Made by a program: the position numbers and the translations under genes
The notes under the pieces: model-generated
Told to the model about the DNA's origin: nothing
Database searches by the model: none
Seen by the model: the letters and a program-made list of their open reading frames with translations, nothing else
Assembly (NCBI GenBank): GCA_003602645.1
Contig: QQSI01000040.1
Location: 4,152-68,151, forward strand
Length of the DNA: 64,000 nt
Source of the DNA: Candidatus Poseidoniales archaeon
Lineage (GTDB): Archaea; Thermoplasmatota; Poseidoniia; Poseidoniales; Poseidoniaceae
Direction of reading: 5' to 3'
In this document: piece after piece, positions 1 to 8,454 of the stretch
Numbering within the stretch: position 1 is the stretch's first letter
Layout: every line of letters starts with the position of its first letter

Positions 1-246
1 GGCGGGAAGGCATTTGGTCTCATGTGCACGTTAGGAGGGATCGAGAATTCGAACACCCTCAACCACATGCGAATTATGCTGCGCTGGCTTCATGCATGGC
101 CTGTGCCAGAACAACTTGCTGTCGGCCATGTCAAAGAAGCATTTGATGAGCACGGAGATTTGGTCCATGAAGCCACAATTGAACGGCTTGAAGGACTTGT
201 GGCCTCAGTCATTCGCACTGCTGCCTTACTCAAAACCAGCCAGTGA
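1..246 (+). CDS. 3' end of a CDS entering from upstream, product unknown
   Basis: Frame 1 is open from nt 1 to the TGA at 244-246 (...TIERLEGLVASVIRTAALLKTSQ*). The stop overlaps the GTG of the next ORF (GTGA). No family recognised. Confidence 0.35.
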   Translation, partial: GGKAFGLMCTLGGIENSNTLNHMRIMLRWLHAWPVPEQLAVGHVKEAFDEHGDLVHEATIERLEGLVASVIRTAALLKTSQ

Positions 247-1052
247 GAAGCATGCCCTCAACACGCCCCTCGTTTGATGACGCATTTGGTGGCCGTTACC
301 TTTTGGTCGAACCGGGAACCTATCAAATGGGTGATGGTGCTTCTCGTGGGAATAAGAATGAGCGTCCAGCTCACAAAGTGGACATCGACCAACCTTTCTT
401 CTTTGGCGAACGTCCAGTCACTCAGGCTCACTGGCAGGCGATTATGGAGACCAATCCCTCAAAATTTCAAGAGGGTTGGGCTGCGGGTTTGAGGCCAGTT
501 GAAAACGTTTCATGGAATGATGTTCATGTGTTTCTCGCCCGTTTGAATTCCACAGAACAAGAAACCGTTCGACTCGGGTTTACCGGATCATGGCGCCTGC
601 CATCCGAATCGGAATGGGAATATGTGGCTCGTGCGGGTACGGAGACTCGTTGGGCCTTTGGCGATCGAGATTCTGAGCTCAATGACTATGGTTGGCATGC
701 TGGCAATGCAGGAGCAACAACACGAGAAGTCGGGCAAAAGAAAGCAAATCCTTGGGGTTTTCTTGACATGTACGGTCAAACCGGTGAGTGGTGTCAAGAT
801 GATTACAGCAAAAATTATGAGAATCACGATGGCTCACAGTCTCCTCAAATATCAACAGGAGGCGAACGCAAGGTGCACCGAGGGGGCTCTTGGTTCACTG
901 AATCGGATTCCACCCGAAGCAGGGCACGCGCATCCGCAACTAGGACCACACGTAGCGATGGGATAGGGTTTAGGCTCGTTTGGGCGCCCCAAAAGGCCAA
1001 TGTAGAACCTGAAGTTCCCCATAGCAATGACGACCCTGTATCACAACCCTAG
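243..1052 (+). CDS. FGE-sulfatase (SUMF1/formylglycine-generating enzyme) domain protein
   Basis: 269-aa ORF with family-typical strings: NERPAHKVDI, VENVSWNDV..FL..LN, WRLPSESEWEYVARAG, NPWGFLDMYGQTGEWCQD, HRGGSWF, GFRLV. Start could be GTG 243 or ATG 252. Confidence 0.8.
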   Translation: MRSMPSTRPSFDDAFGGRYLLVEPGTYQMGDGASRGNKNERPAHKVDIDQPFFFGERPVTQAHWQAIMETNPSKFQEGWAAGLRPVENVSWNDVHVFLARLNSTEQETVRLGFTGSWRLPSESEWEYVARAGTETRWAFGDRDSELNDYGWHAGNAGATTREVGQKKANPWGFLDMYGQTGEWCQDDYSKNYENHDGSQSPQISTGGERKVHRGGSWFTESDSTRSRARASATRTTRSDGIGFRLVWAPQKANVEPEVPHSNDDPVSQP

Positions 1053-1374
1053 GTGCTCCAAATCACGTTCTGCACTTGCGATGTGCCAAGCTTCAGATCA
1101 AGATGTTAATGTTCGATTGTACCTCAATGAACCGCTAACAATAGAGGAGTTGAACGGTATCCTATCACGTCTTAAGGGTCCGGTTTCCAAGATTGTACGC
1201 ACAAAGGATACGAAGTTCAAACTTGTAGATTCAACCATGTTGAACCTCGAGGAGGCCGATTCTATTGCTGAATTCCTCTCTCTCCATGGACATCTTATGG
1301 AACGTCCTTTGCTCGATGATGGCACAACTGCCATCATAGGTCGGCCAGTGGAGCATCTGGATCAACTTCTGTGA
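1027..1374 (+). CDS. arsC: ArsC/Spx-family protein (glutaredoxin-type arsenate reductase-like)
   Basis: The N-terminus MTTLYHNPRCSKSRSAL matches the ArsC/YffB 'YHNPxCxxSR' catalytic-Cys motif, and 115 aa is the typical size. Overlaps the upstream ORF by 26 nt. Its 3' end overlaps the convergent ORF 1334-1876 by 41 nt. Confidence 0.7.
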   Translation: MTTLYHNPRCSKSRSALAMCQASDQDVNVRLYLNEPLTIEELNGILSRLKGPVSKIVRTKDTKFKLVDSTMLNLEEADSIAEFLSLHGHLMERPLLDDGTTAIIGRPVEHLDQLL

Positions 1375-1876
1375 ACTCCCCATCGCCCTCAATTGGCTCT
1401 GAATCAATCGTAAATTCATGACCTAAGTCACCTAATGTTTGGTGCGGTGGCACTTCACCTGGTTGGATGCACCACTTTTGATTGAATGCCTCGTTCAATG
1501 TCGTCATTAAGTTTCGACGTTTCAGCGCATCGATGCCAGCAGCGGTTCGATCGACGACGGGTGCAATCTCCTCTTGGAACGCAGCATTCATGTGTTCACA
1601 CACTTCCTCGAATGTTCGTTGACCATTGGACAACTCCCAAAGCATACTGTTCATTTGATCAAGAGGCCTTCGAACTTCCCTTGGCGCCCTGAATATGCGC
1701 GCCAAAAAACGTTCAAATTTTGAGAACTTTTTTGGGATCCTCAGGATCACCTTTCGCCCAGTCACGCCGGGTACATCCGGATGTTTTGAAGCCTCACCAT
1801 AGCGCCCCCACCACACGGGGACACGGCACGGATATGTCCCTGAATAGGTATGCTTTCCTTTGTCAGCAACTTCCAT
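1334..1876 (-). CDS. PqqD-like (RRE-type) domain protein with N- and C-terminal extensions
   Basis: The core LDQMNSMLWELSNGQRTFEEVCEHMNAAFQEEIAPVVDRTAAGIDALKRRNLM fits the PqqD/peptide-chaperone pattern (LD..g..iW.l.dG.rt..ei...l...y......v..D...fi..L....l). Last gene of a minus-strand string running 6558->1334. Confidence 0.55.
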   Translation of the reverse strand: MEVADKGKHTYSGTYPCRVPVWWGRYGEASKHPDVPGVTGRKVILRIPKKFSKFERFLARIFRAPREVRRPLDQMNSMLWELSNGQRTFEEVCEHMNAAFQEEIAPVVDRTAAGIDALKRRNLMTTLNEAFNQKWCIQPGEVPPHQTLGDLGHEFTIDSEPIEGDGEFTEVDPDAPLADL

Positions 1877-1880
1877 ATTA

Positions 1881-2081
1881 TCACCTCAAAATTCCAACAA
1901 CGTCCAAACCAACAAGGTCAACATCGATGCAACACCGAGCAAGGCCGATAGTCGTGTGGCCTCGACCCGTTCGGAGAAGTTTCGCAAAAACCACGTTGTG
2001 ACACCAAACACCATCACCAACACCCAAAGTGCATACCAGGATGCAGGATATGTGGTCATGTGCCTCGCTGGTGCGGTTCAT
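1881..2081 (-). CDS. Possible small Cys/His-rich hydrophobic protein (66 aa)
   Basis: The ORF exactly fills the gap between the giant surface gene (stop at 2085) and the PqqD-like gene (start at 1876), leaving 3-4 nt spacers. It has five Cys (including a CC pair) and a hydrophobic stretch ISCILVCTLGVGDGVW. No homology recognised; support is positional only. Confidence 0.25.
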   Translation of the reverse strand: MNRTSEAHDHISCILVCTLGVGDGVWCHNVVFAKLLRTGRGHTTIGLARCCIDVDLVGLDVVGILR

Positions 2082-2084
2082 GTA

Positions 2085-5000
2085 TCATGGTTGTCCTTGA
2101 TTTCTGTCAAGGTATTGCTGACCATAATGCACCCATTGTTCCATTGTCCAACCTGTGGGCAAGCCACCTTCGGGTACAGGTGGATGGGATGATTCGGTTG
2201 ATTGTTCGTGTTCAACTGGAGCTAAGGTCGCCTGCACATCAGGGATAGAGGCCGGTGGTCCGCTTGAGGCTGGCGGTCCAATTTGAACATCTTCTGGGAT
2301 TTCCTTTTCCAAGGTGAAGTCATCTTCATCATCTGAACGGGATCGCAAAAGGAGCACCATGAGGAGCGAGAAGGCAAGCAAAACCGCAATCCCGCCTGCG
2401 ACCACTTCAACCGAAGCACTTACGTCATCCACTGGGCGTTCTTCAAACTGGTATACCTGTGCGCCCTCCCAAGCTATTTCGCCGTCATGTGAAGCGATTA
2501 TGAATGTGATTTTCCCTTCCAATTGACCGCTAAGTCTGTGAAGCGTGCATGGGACATCTTGCAATTGAGGAGTGATATGTCCTGCACCAAACGTGAGATT
2601 TTGTCCATCCGCATCCATCAAGACACCATTGCATACGAGTTGCCATCCATCGGGGATTTGGGCTAGGAAAAGCATGTGTTCTGTTTGGCTTGAAACACTC
2701 GTCATGTTGACATAGAGTGGCACACCAGTCCCAGTGGCATGACTCATGGTATTCGGGACGCTAAGTTCTGCTTCGACGTGGCGTTGTTGATCGACAACGA
2801 TTAACGCCTCATGTTCCAATTCGTAAGGTTGCATTTCTGCATTCATGCCAGCAATAACTTGGAATGTAACGACAATTCTTGTGTTAAGAATCATGTCTTT
2901 GGGGAGAATCAGGTCGACTGTGAGAAGGGTGGATTGGTTTGCCAATAAAGTGATTGTCAGTGGTTCGTTCACAGCTTTTGTACTGCTGCTTAAACCGGTA
3001 GAAAAGAAGGCGACCATATCGGGTACGGGTGGAGAAGCAGATACACTTGCCAAGACGATGATTCCATCATCTGCTGCGTTACCAATATTGGTCAATGTAG
3101 CATTAATGCTGACCGTACCTCCAACAGTTGCCGATGTGGATTCAAATCCCCCTTCCAGTGAAGGTATTCGAACTGACGCCGTGATCGTATCAAAGGTTAC
3201 AATATTGTCTTGGGGTGTCAAATCCTCGAGGCCAAGGGCGTTTACGGCACTGATTGTGACGGTGTGGATTTCACTGGCTGCCTCTTCGCTTGGTACTTGG
3301 ACCCATAATTCTACGGTGGCGTTGTTCTCTAAATCATAAGGTGCAGAGAGTGAAATGGTTCCGTTATGCTGTGATCCATCCACTGTGATCCATGTGCTCC
3401 AGGCCATTGGGAGGTCAATTGTGGCGACGCTAGCCTCGATGGGCCCATTTCCATTATTGACCACTTCCAAGAGGATACGATTGGCAGTACCTGGTCGTAA
3501 TTTTGCAGGCGATTCTAAGAGTTCAATAGAGAGGTCGCTGATCGTTCGTACCACGATTGAATCAAAATCATCACCCGCGATGGTCATTCCACTTCGTTCA
3601 GAGGTAATTTGCGGGGTAATCGTTGGTGCTTTGTCACCGGCTTGGCCAGTTTCAGGTGCGGTTATTTTTGCTGTGAATGTGGTAGTGGCACCCGGATTGA
3701 TGACTGCATTGGGGCGCGTTGGCTGTTCAATGGTCCATAGCGATGAAGGATCATGAAGGATATTCATTGAAAAAATATCTTGACGAGAGGCATTATTCCA
3801 GATTGTAAATTCAACGGTTTTGGTTTCACCAGCATCGATCATCCAGTCCCTTGATGCTTGGTTATGGGTCATACCAACCTCGGCTTCGCTGATCATTGAT
3901 GCGGCAATATCAATGACTAACCCATGGGATTTAGCTGAATTATTTTGTGATTGGGCAAGCATGGTGAACGATACCACTGTGTCGGGAGTGGCTGTTGATG
4001 GAACTGTCATTGTTAGGCCAACCATCACCGGTGTGTCTGGCCGAACGAGGATTGATTCAGATTGAGTCCACGACAATTGAACCATCCATTGCTCTGGTAA
4101 ACTAAATTGATCTAGGGAGAGATCAAAAACATCGGTTGCGTCTCCGATGTTCCTTACCTCAACCTCAAACGGGCATGTGTAGCCGGGCGGGCATGCCGGG
4201 CGTGTTTCTGGTTGGATGACCAATGGTTCACGGTCCGGTAACACTTGGAATTGAACGGGTAATGTCGTGTTGATCGATTGATATTGACTTGATGTTCCTA
4301 TGAATGTCATTTGTTCGAATCCGGTCGTTGCGTTTTCATCCGGCTTAATTTTTACATCAATGGTTTTGCTTTCACCCGGGGCAAGCAACACCCCGGTTTG
4401 TTCGTTGATTGATACACCTGTTTGGTGAGCAAAATACACCTCCCAACCGCTCGGCAATTCATCGACAGAAGGAAGCACATAATCTGAAATGTTTCCATCA
4501 TTGGTTAAACTCACGCTCACCGTTCCCCATTCATTTGGTAGGGAACCCATTGTGGACACACCTGAGGACGAAAGCGCATATTCGATGGGCTTGACTTTTT
4601 GATCATACACAATGACAATGTCATCCAACCAAAAACCCACATCATTGACAGTTGCGTCGGTCGTAAGGATGAACCTAAATTTCGTTGAGGGTGAAAATCC
4701 ACTTTGTGGTGCGGGTATCAACGGTGATGATGTGCCTTGATTGTTGACAGAAAATGTTTGCCATGAGGCACCATCGATGAAGACTTGGTCGATGGTTCCC
4801 GAGATTGTAGCAAGTTCTGTGCTTGTTCCTGCGTTGTTTTGTACGTAGACTTTCAATTCATCACCGGGTTGGGAACTCCCAGTGTAAAAGAAGGAGAGCC
4901 CATTGGTCTGAAGCGGGGCCATCACCGCATCGGACATGTCGAAGGCAGGCGTTTCAAGAACACTTGTCGTTGATGCAGAATACGATGATGCTTCACCGTT

Positions 5001-5645
5001 ACCGGCATGACACGCAGTTCCTTGAGACAACGATGTGTCGGTGCTTAATCCCCATTCATTTGTCGTCGTCCACTGTGTGAGGTCGTTGCAATTAAAGTAA
5101 TGCGAAGCAACGGTGAAATGGCGGTTTCTTTGGTTATTTGAAGGGACGTCATCGAGGATCGTAGAAGTGCCGATCACCTGGATCGAGTGGTTTCCAGAGT
5201 AAGTAGGAGTAAAGGTAAACCCGATGGAATTTGATGCACCACCAGACAATCCTGCCATTTGTTGGGTGATGTTGATCATCTCAAAGAGCTGGTATTCATT
5301 GTGAAGAACCTTCAAGTTCACATCAATGGTACCTGATGGACTTGTCCCCTGGTTTTCTAACGTCACTTCAGCATAAATTGGGACGTTGACAACTGCGTCG
5401 ACGACATATAATTCAGCAGGTCGGTTGAATGCAGGAATTGGATGGTTCGAAGAAAACATACGGTATTTCGCTTCATCCACACTCGTTGTGTATGAAAAAG
5501 AGGTATTCGTTACTGTAACATCAACACCTGTGGCTTTCGCATTGCTCTGCAGAGGAGATTCTTCTTCAGGCGCCAATTGGGTGATTGGACTTGCAGTACC
5601 CATGACAAACAGAAGAACCAACAAAATTGCGGGGGCTCTTTTCAT
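2085..5645 (-). CDS. Giant anchored surface protein (adhesin/S-layer-like, about 1190-1210 aa)
   Basis: Uninterrupted 3.6-kb ORF. Signal-like N-terminus MKRAPAILLVLLFVMGTASP (start 5645; alternative ATGs at 5699 and 5717). Long Thr/Ser/Asn-rich beta-type modules with many N-x-S/T sequons. C-terminal TM anchor VVAGGIAVLLAFSLLMVLLLRSR, followed by an acidic/Pro-rich tail ending GLPTGWTMEQWVHYGQQYLD. Confidence 0.85.
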   Translation of the reverse strand: MKRAPAILLVLLFVMGTASPITQLAPEEESPLQSNAKATGVDVTVTNTSFSYTTSVDEAKYRMFSSNHPIPAFNRPAELYVVDAVVNVPIYAEVTLENQGTSPSGTIDVNLKVLHNEYQLFEMINITQQMAGLSGGASNSIGFTFTPTYSGNHSIQVIGTSTILDDVPSNNQRNRHFTVASHYFNCNDLTQWTTTNEWGLSTDTSLSQGTACHAGNGEASSYSASTTSVLETPAFDMSDAVMAPLQTNGLSFFYTGSSQPGDELKVYVQNNAGTSTELATISGTIDQVFIDGASWQTFSVNNQGTSSPLIPAPQSGFSPSTKFRFILTTDATVNDVGFWLDDIVIVYDQKVKPIEYALSSSGVSTMGSLPNEWGTVSVSLTNDGNISDYVLPSVDELPSGWEVYFAHQTGVSINEQTGVLLAPGESKTIDVKIKPDENATTGFEQMTFIGTSSQYQSINTTLPVQFQVLPDREPLVIQPETRPACPPGYTCPFEVEVRNIGDATDVFDLSLDQFSLPEQWMVQLSWTQSESILVRPDTPVMVGLTMTVPSTATPDTVVSFTMLAQSQNNSAKSHGLVIDIAASMISEAEVGMTHNQASRDWMIDAGETKTVEFTIWNNASRQDIFSMNILHDPSSLWTIEQPTRPNAVINPGATTTFTAKITAPETGQAGDKAPTITPQITSERSGMTIAGDDFDSIVVRTISDLSIELLESPAKLRPGTANRILLEVVNNGNGPIEASVATIDLPMAWSTWITVDGSQHNGTISLSAPYDLENNATVELWVQVPSEEAASEIHTVTISAVNALGLEDLTPQDNIVTFDTITASVRIPSLEGGFESTSATVGGTVSINATLTNIGNAADDGIIVLASVSASPPVPDMVAFFSTGLSSSTKAVNEPLTITLLANQSTLLTVDLILPKDMILNTRIVVTFQVIAGMNAEMQPYELEHEALIVVDQQRHVEAELSVPNTMSHATGTGVPLYVNMTSVSSQTEHMLFLAQIPDGWQLVCNGVLMDADGQNLTFGAGHITPQLQDVPCTLHRLSGQLEGKITFIIASHDGEIAWEGAQVYQFEERPVDDVSASVEVVAGGIAVLLAFSLLMVLLLRSRSDDEDDFTLEKEIPEDVQIGPPASSGPPASIPDVQATLAPVEHEQSTESSHPPVPEGGLPTGWTMEQWVHYGQQYLDRNQGQP

Positions 5646-5691
5646 GGCGCTCGCTCTGCTACACCGCTTCAAGGTATATGAGGAGAGTGGC

Positions 5692-6558
5692 TCATTCATT
5701 TTCCGAAGTTGATTCACGCCCTAGAGCATTTTCTATATCGTCTTCGGACTGTTTGAGTTTGACAGCATCTCGCTTCTCCTTTGCATTGGCTGCCCAATAC
5801 ACAGTAAAAGATGGGATAAGGACCATCGAGAAACACCCGGCAACGGCAGCGAGCGCCCACAAAAATTCAGTCGCAGCATCAACAGAAAACGGTTCTATGG
5901 TTGCGAATTCTTCATTCACCGTGGTGATGCTCATCGCAGGGGCTGTCGTTCGGTTGCCTCGTTCGATGATCTCGACCCTAATGAGCGAGGGTGAGTGCTC
6001 ATATTCAATGGCCTGTTCAGCCTTTACTTGCGCATCTTCAATGGTCTGGGCGTACACCGTACCGTTCGAACGACGCGCTGGGTCTGTGCTCGTTAGGGCA
6101 TTGATCCGTACATCGCCTCCATCCTCGGCAATGTAGGAGTGGGAGGTGTTCTTCTGGCAAGATTCTCTACAGCTAAACCCATCGGCATCCTCAGAACCCA
6201 AGAGTGGGTGACTGAACAAACCAGCGCCGTTAATCAAACGGACCTCGGCACCATTCGATACTTCTGTTGCGGTCAAATTAACCCACGTCAAATTTGCTCC
6301 ATTTGCCGGGACTGACCATGTCCAGGTTGTTGTGTTTTGATCGCCTTGGTAGATTCTGGTTGGTTCAATTTCCTGATGAAGGGTGGTGTTGGTATCGGTC
6401 TCGTAGAGGTAATAGGAAGGGGAGATCGTAGCACCGTAGACGGCGTACGAGAGCATGAAAATAAGTGTAAAGGAGAGCCCTAACAGGGTTCGTAGCAGGT
6501 TCGGGTTTTGAGCCAAAGCCTTCCTCATCGGGTTTAGGACGGACACGCCCTTCATCAA
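5692..6558 (-). CDS. Bitopic membrane/secreted protein, unknown function
   Basis: 288-aa ORF with an N-terminal TM (LLRTLLGLSFTLIFMLSYAVYG), an extracytoplasmic Thr/Asn-rich domain, a C-terminal TM (FLWALAAVAGCFSMVLIPSFTVYW) and a charged tail. Sits directly upstream of the giant surface gene. Confidence 0.6.
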   Translation of the reverse strand: MMKGVSVLNPMRKALAQNPNLLRTLLGLSFTLIFMLSYAVYGATISPSYYLYETDTNTTLHQEIEPTRIYQGDQNTTTWTWSVPANGANLTWVNLTATEVSNGAEVRLINGAGLFSHPLLGSEDADGFSCRESCQKNTSHSYIAEDGGDVRINALTSTDPARRSNGTVYAQTIEDAQVKAEQAIEYEHSPSLIRVEIIERGNRTTAPAMSITTVNEEFATIEPFSVDAATEFLWALAAVAGCFSMVLIPSFTVYWAANAKEKRDAVKLKQSEDDIENALGRESTSENE

Positions 6559-6677
6559 CCCTTGTCTGCCGCATGTATCTGGTGAGAAAACGCCACACGG
6601 CGTGAGTTGTTGTACCGCTTAGCACCCGCTCTCTTCATATAGGGGCGTAAGGTCGGCAAATTGCTTGGTGTATTGTC

Positions 6678-7169
6678 ATGACGACTCTCTATGATATCCC
6701 CGCAGAACTCTTGAACCCTGCTCTTGCTGCGCGTTTGGCCGCTGAAAAGGCTGTTGAAACACCAGATTGGGCTGAATTTGTCAAAACTGGAGTCTCTCGT
6801 GAACGCCCTCCAAGTCAAGAAAACTGGTGGTTCTTGCGATCGGCCGCACTCATGCGAAAAATCGCACGTGAAGGCCCAATCGGTGTGACCCACCTCTCGC
6901 AAGCTTACGGTGGACGCAAGGACAACGGTGCAGCACCCAACACCCCCGGTGTTGCTTCCCGCCACATCATTCGAACCTCGCTTCAACAACTCGAAGCCTC
7001 TGGCCTCGTTGAAAAAGTTCCAACTCGAACCGTGGACACCGAAGACGGGCCTGTCCAACTTTACGCAGGTCGTCGCATCACTGCAGCCGGGCAAAAGATG
7101 ATTGACTCTGTTGCTCACGAATGTCGCCCAGCAGCAGAAGAACAATTCCCAGGTCTATCCAAGTACTGA
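6678..7169 (+). CDS. rps19e: 30S ribosomal protein S19e
   Basis: TLYDIPAELLNPALAARL...TPDWAEFVKTGVSRERPP.QENWWFLRSAALMRKI...GPIGV..L...YGG is the classic S19e signature. Confidence 0.9.
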   Translation: MTTLYDIPAELLNPALAARLAAEKAVETPDWAEFVKTGVSRERPPSQENWWFLRSAALMRKIAREGPIGVTHLSQAYGGRKDNGAAPNTPGVASRHIIRTSLQQLEASGLVEKVPTRTVDTEDGPVQLYAGRRITAAGQKMIDSVAHECRPAAEEQFPGLSKY

Positions 7170-7194
7170 CGAGGACGTGAAGAGGGTGGCCAGC

Positions 7195-7554
7195 ATGTCG
7201 ACATCGCACGATGATGAACTCAACATGCTCCGAGAACAACGCCGGGCTGCGCTCCAACAACAACTCGAGGCTCAAGCAGCACAGCAAGCCGATGCAGAAG
7301 TACAGGCACAACAAGCACAAGCAGAAGCAGCTCAACTCGATGGGGCAATGCGAACGCTTCTCTCGAACGATGCCCGTTCTCGCCTAGCAACCGTCGCCCT
7401 GGCTACACCTGCTCGCGCCGCATCCATCAAACAAAACATCGTTCAACTTCACTCACAGGGTAAATTCCAAGCCCCTATGTCTGATGATCAACTGAAACAG
7501 TTGCTCGCTTCACACTCCAAGAGCCGCCGTAGTGCGTCCATCCGAAGAATCTGA
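7195..7554 (+). CDS. PDCD5/TFAR19-type dsDNA-binding protein
   Basis: A Gln/Ala coiled N-terminus is followed by [50 protein letters not shown], as in the archaeal MTH1615/PDCD5 family. ATG 7195 lies after the S19e stop; the track start at 7102 would overlap S19e. Confidence 0.8.
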   Translation: MSTSHDDELNMLREQRRAALQQQLEAQAAQQADAEVQAQQAQAEAAQLDGAMRTLLSNDARSRLATVALATPARAASIKQNIVQLHSQGKFQAPMSDDQLKQLLASHSKSRRSASIRRI

Positions 7555-7568
7555 GAAGGTGCTCGAAC

Positions 7569-7724
7569 ATGTCAAGAAATAAACCAGCAGCAAAAAAAAT
7601 CCGCCTCATGAAGGCAGGCAAGCAGAACCGGCGTGTCCCAGTTTGGGTCATGCTAAAGACCGACCGAAACACTGTGTCGCATCCTAAGCGACACCACTGG
7701 CGCCGTAGTAAGCTCCAACGCTGA
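7569..7724 (+). CDS. rpl39e: 50S ribosomal protein L39e (51 aa, below the ORF-track cutoff)
   Basis: Hand translation gives [51 protein letters not shown]. This is the L39e signature, and the gene sits just before L31e as in many archaea. Confidence 0.85.
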   Translation: MSRNKPAAKKIRLMKAGKQNRRVPVWVMLKTDRNTVSHPKRHHWRRSKLQR

Positions 7725-7735
7725 GGTGAAGAAGT

Positions 7736-8011
7736 ATGGTACGACCAAATGAATCCGAACTCATCGTCCCACTCCGTAAGGCCTGGGCCATCACCAGGTA
7801 CAAGCGCGCTCCTCGAGCAATGCAAATCATCCGAGAACATGTCATTCAGCACCTCAGTGTGAGGGAAGATGAAGAAGTGTGGATTGACCCCTCAGTCAAC
7901 GAACACATCTGGGCTCGTGGCATTGAAAATCCACCTCGAAAAATCAAGCTCCATGTGACACGTCACGATGAGCCTGATATTCCAATCGAAGTCAAACTAT
8001 CAACGGAGTGA
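7736..8011 (+). CDS. rpl31e: 50S ribosomal protein L31e
   Basis: VPLRKAWAITRYKRAPRAMQIIREHVIQH...VWIDPSVNEHIWARGIENPPRKIKL matches the L31e pattern. Confidence 0.9.
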   Translation: MVRPNESELIVPLRKAWAITRYKRAPRAMQIIREHVIQHLSVREDEEVWIDPSVNEHIWARGIENPPRKIKLHVTRHDEPDIPIEVKLSTE

Positions 8012-8017
8012 TCATTT

Positions 8018-8209
8018 ATGGGAAATATTCGACCAAGTTTTATCAAAATCCGAGCTATCCATCTTGTTGAAGATCACGGAGAAAAATTCACCGATGATTT
8101 TGACCACAACAAGAAGATGGTCCAACAACTCACTGATGTTGAGTCCAAAAAACTCCGCAACTGGATCGCTGGATACGTCACGCGATACCGACAACGCCGA
8201 GTCGACTGA
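8018..8209 (+). CDS. rps17e: 30S ribosomal protein S17e
   Basis: [35 protein letters not shown]...[15 protein letters not shown] is the S17e signature (..FT.DF..NK.....SK.LRN.IAGY.T). Confidence 0.9.
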   Translation: MGNIRPSFIKIRAIHLVEDHGEKFTDDFDHNKKMVQQLTDVESKKLRNWIAGYVTRYRQRRVD

Positions 8210-8223
8210 GCAGGTGCTTCGAC

Positions 8224-8454
8224 GTGGCTCTGCGAGTCAACTGGGACCGCACTCCTGTGTCTGTGCATCACGACAGCAAAGAAGTTCTTGAGTTGCTGAT
8301 TCTGCACCTAAGAAACAAACATGGTCTTCGCAAGCGCTCCATCGTGATGGAGGATCGTGAAGAAGGCCCTGGCCACCTGTTTTTTTTGTATCAACCGTGT
8401 GATCCACGGTGGATCGCTGAATTCGATATCACAAAATTTTCTGAGGAGGAATGA
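8224..8454 (+). CDS. Hypothetical protein (76 aa)
   Basis: GTG-initiated ORF whose stop overlaps the trmJ-like ATG (ATGA), which suggests translational coupling. No family recognised. Confidence 0.4.
   Translation: MALRVNWDRTPVSVHHDSKEVLELLILHLRNKHGLRKRSIVMEDREEGPGHLFFLYQPCDPRWIAEFDITKFSEEE

Noticed and set aside
1860-2192. A 110-aa plus-strand ORF spanning the gap after the giant surface gene
   Set aside because: It overlaps the 3' end of the 3.6-kb minus-strand ORF and the PqqD-like start. The minus-strand 66-aa ORF fits the gap exactly and is the better, though still weak, candidate.
6555-7145. A 196-aa minus-strand ORF overlapping the S19e gene
   Set aside because: S19e is unambiguous on the plus strand. 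The antisense ORF would also run through the divergent promoter region.
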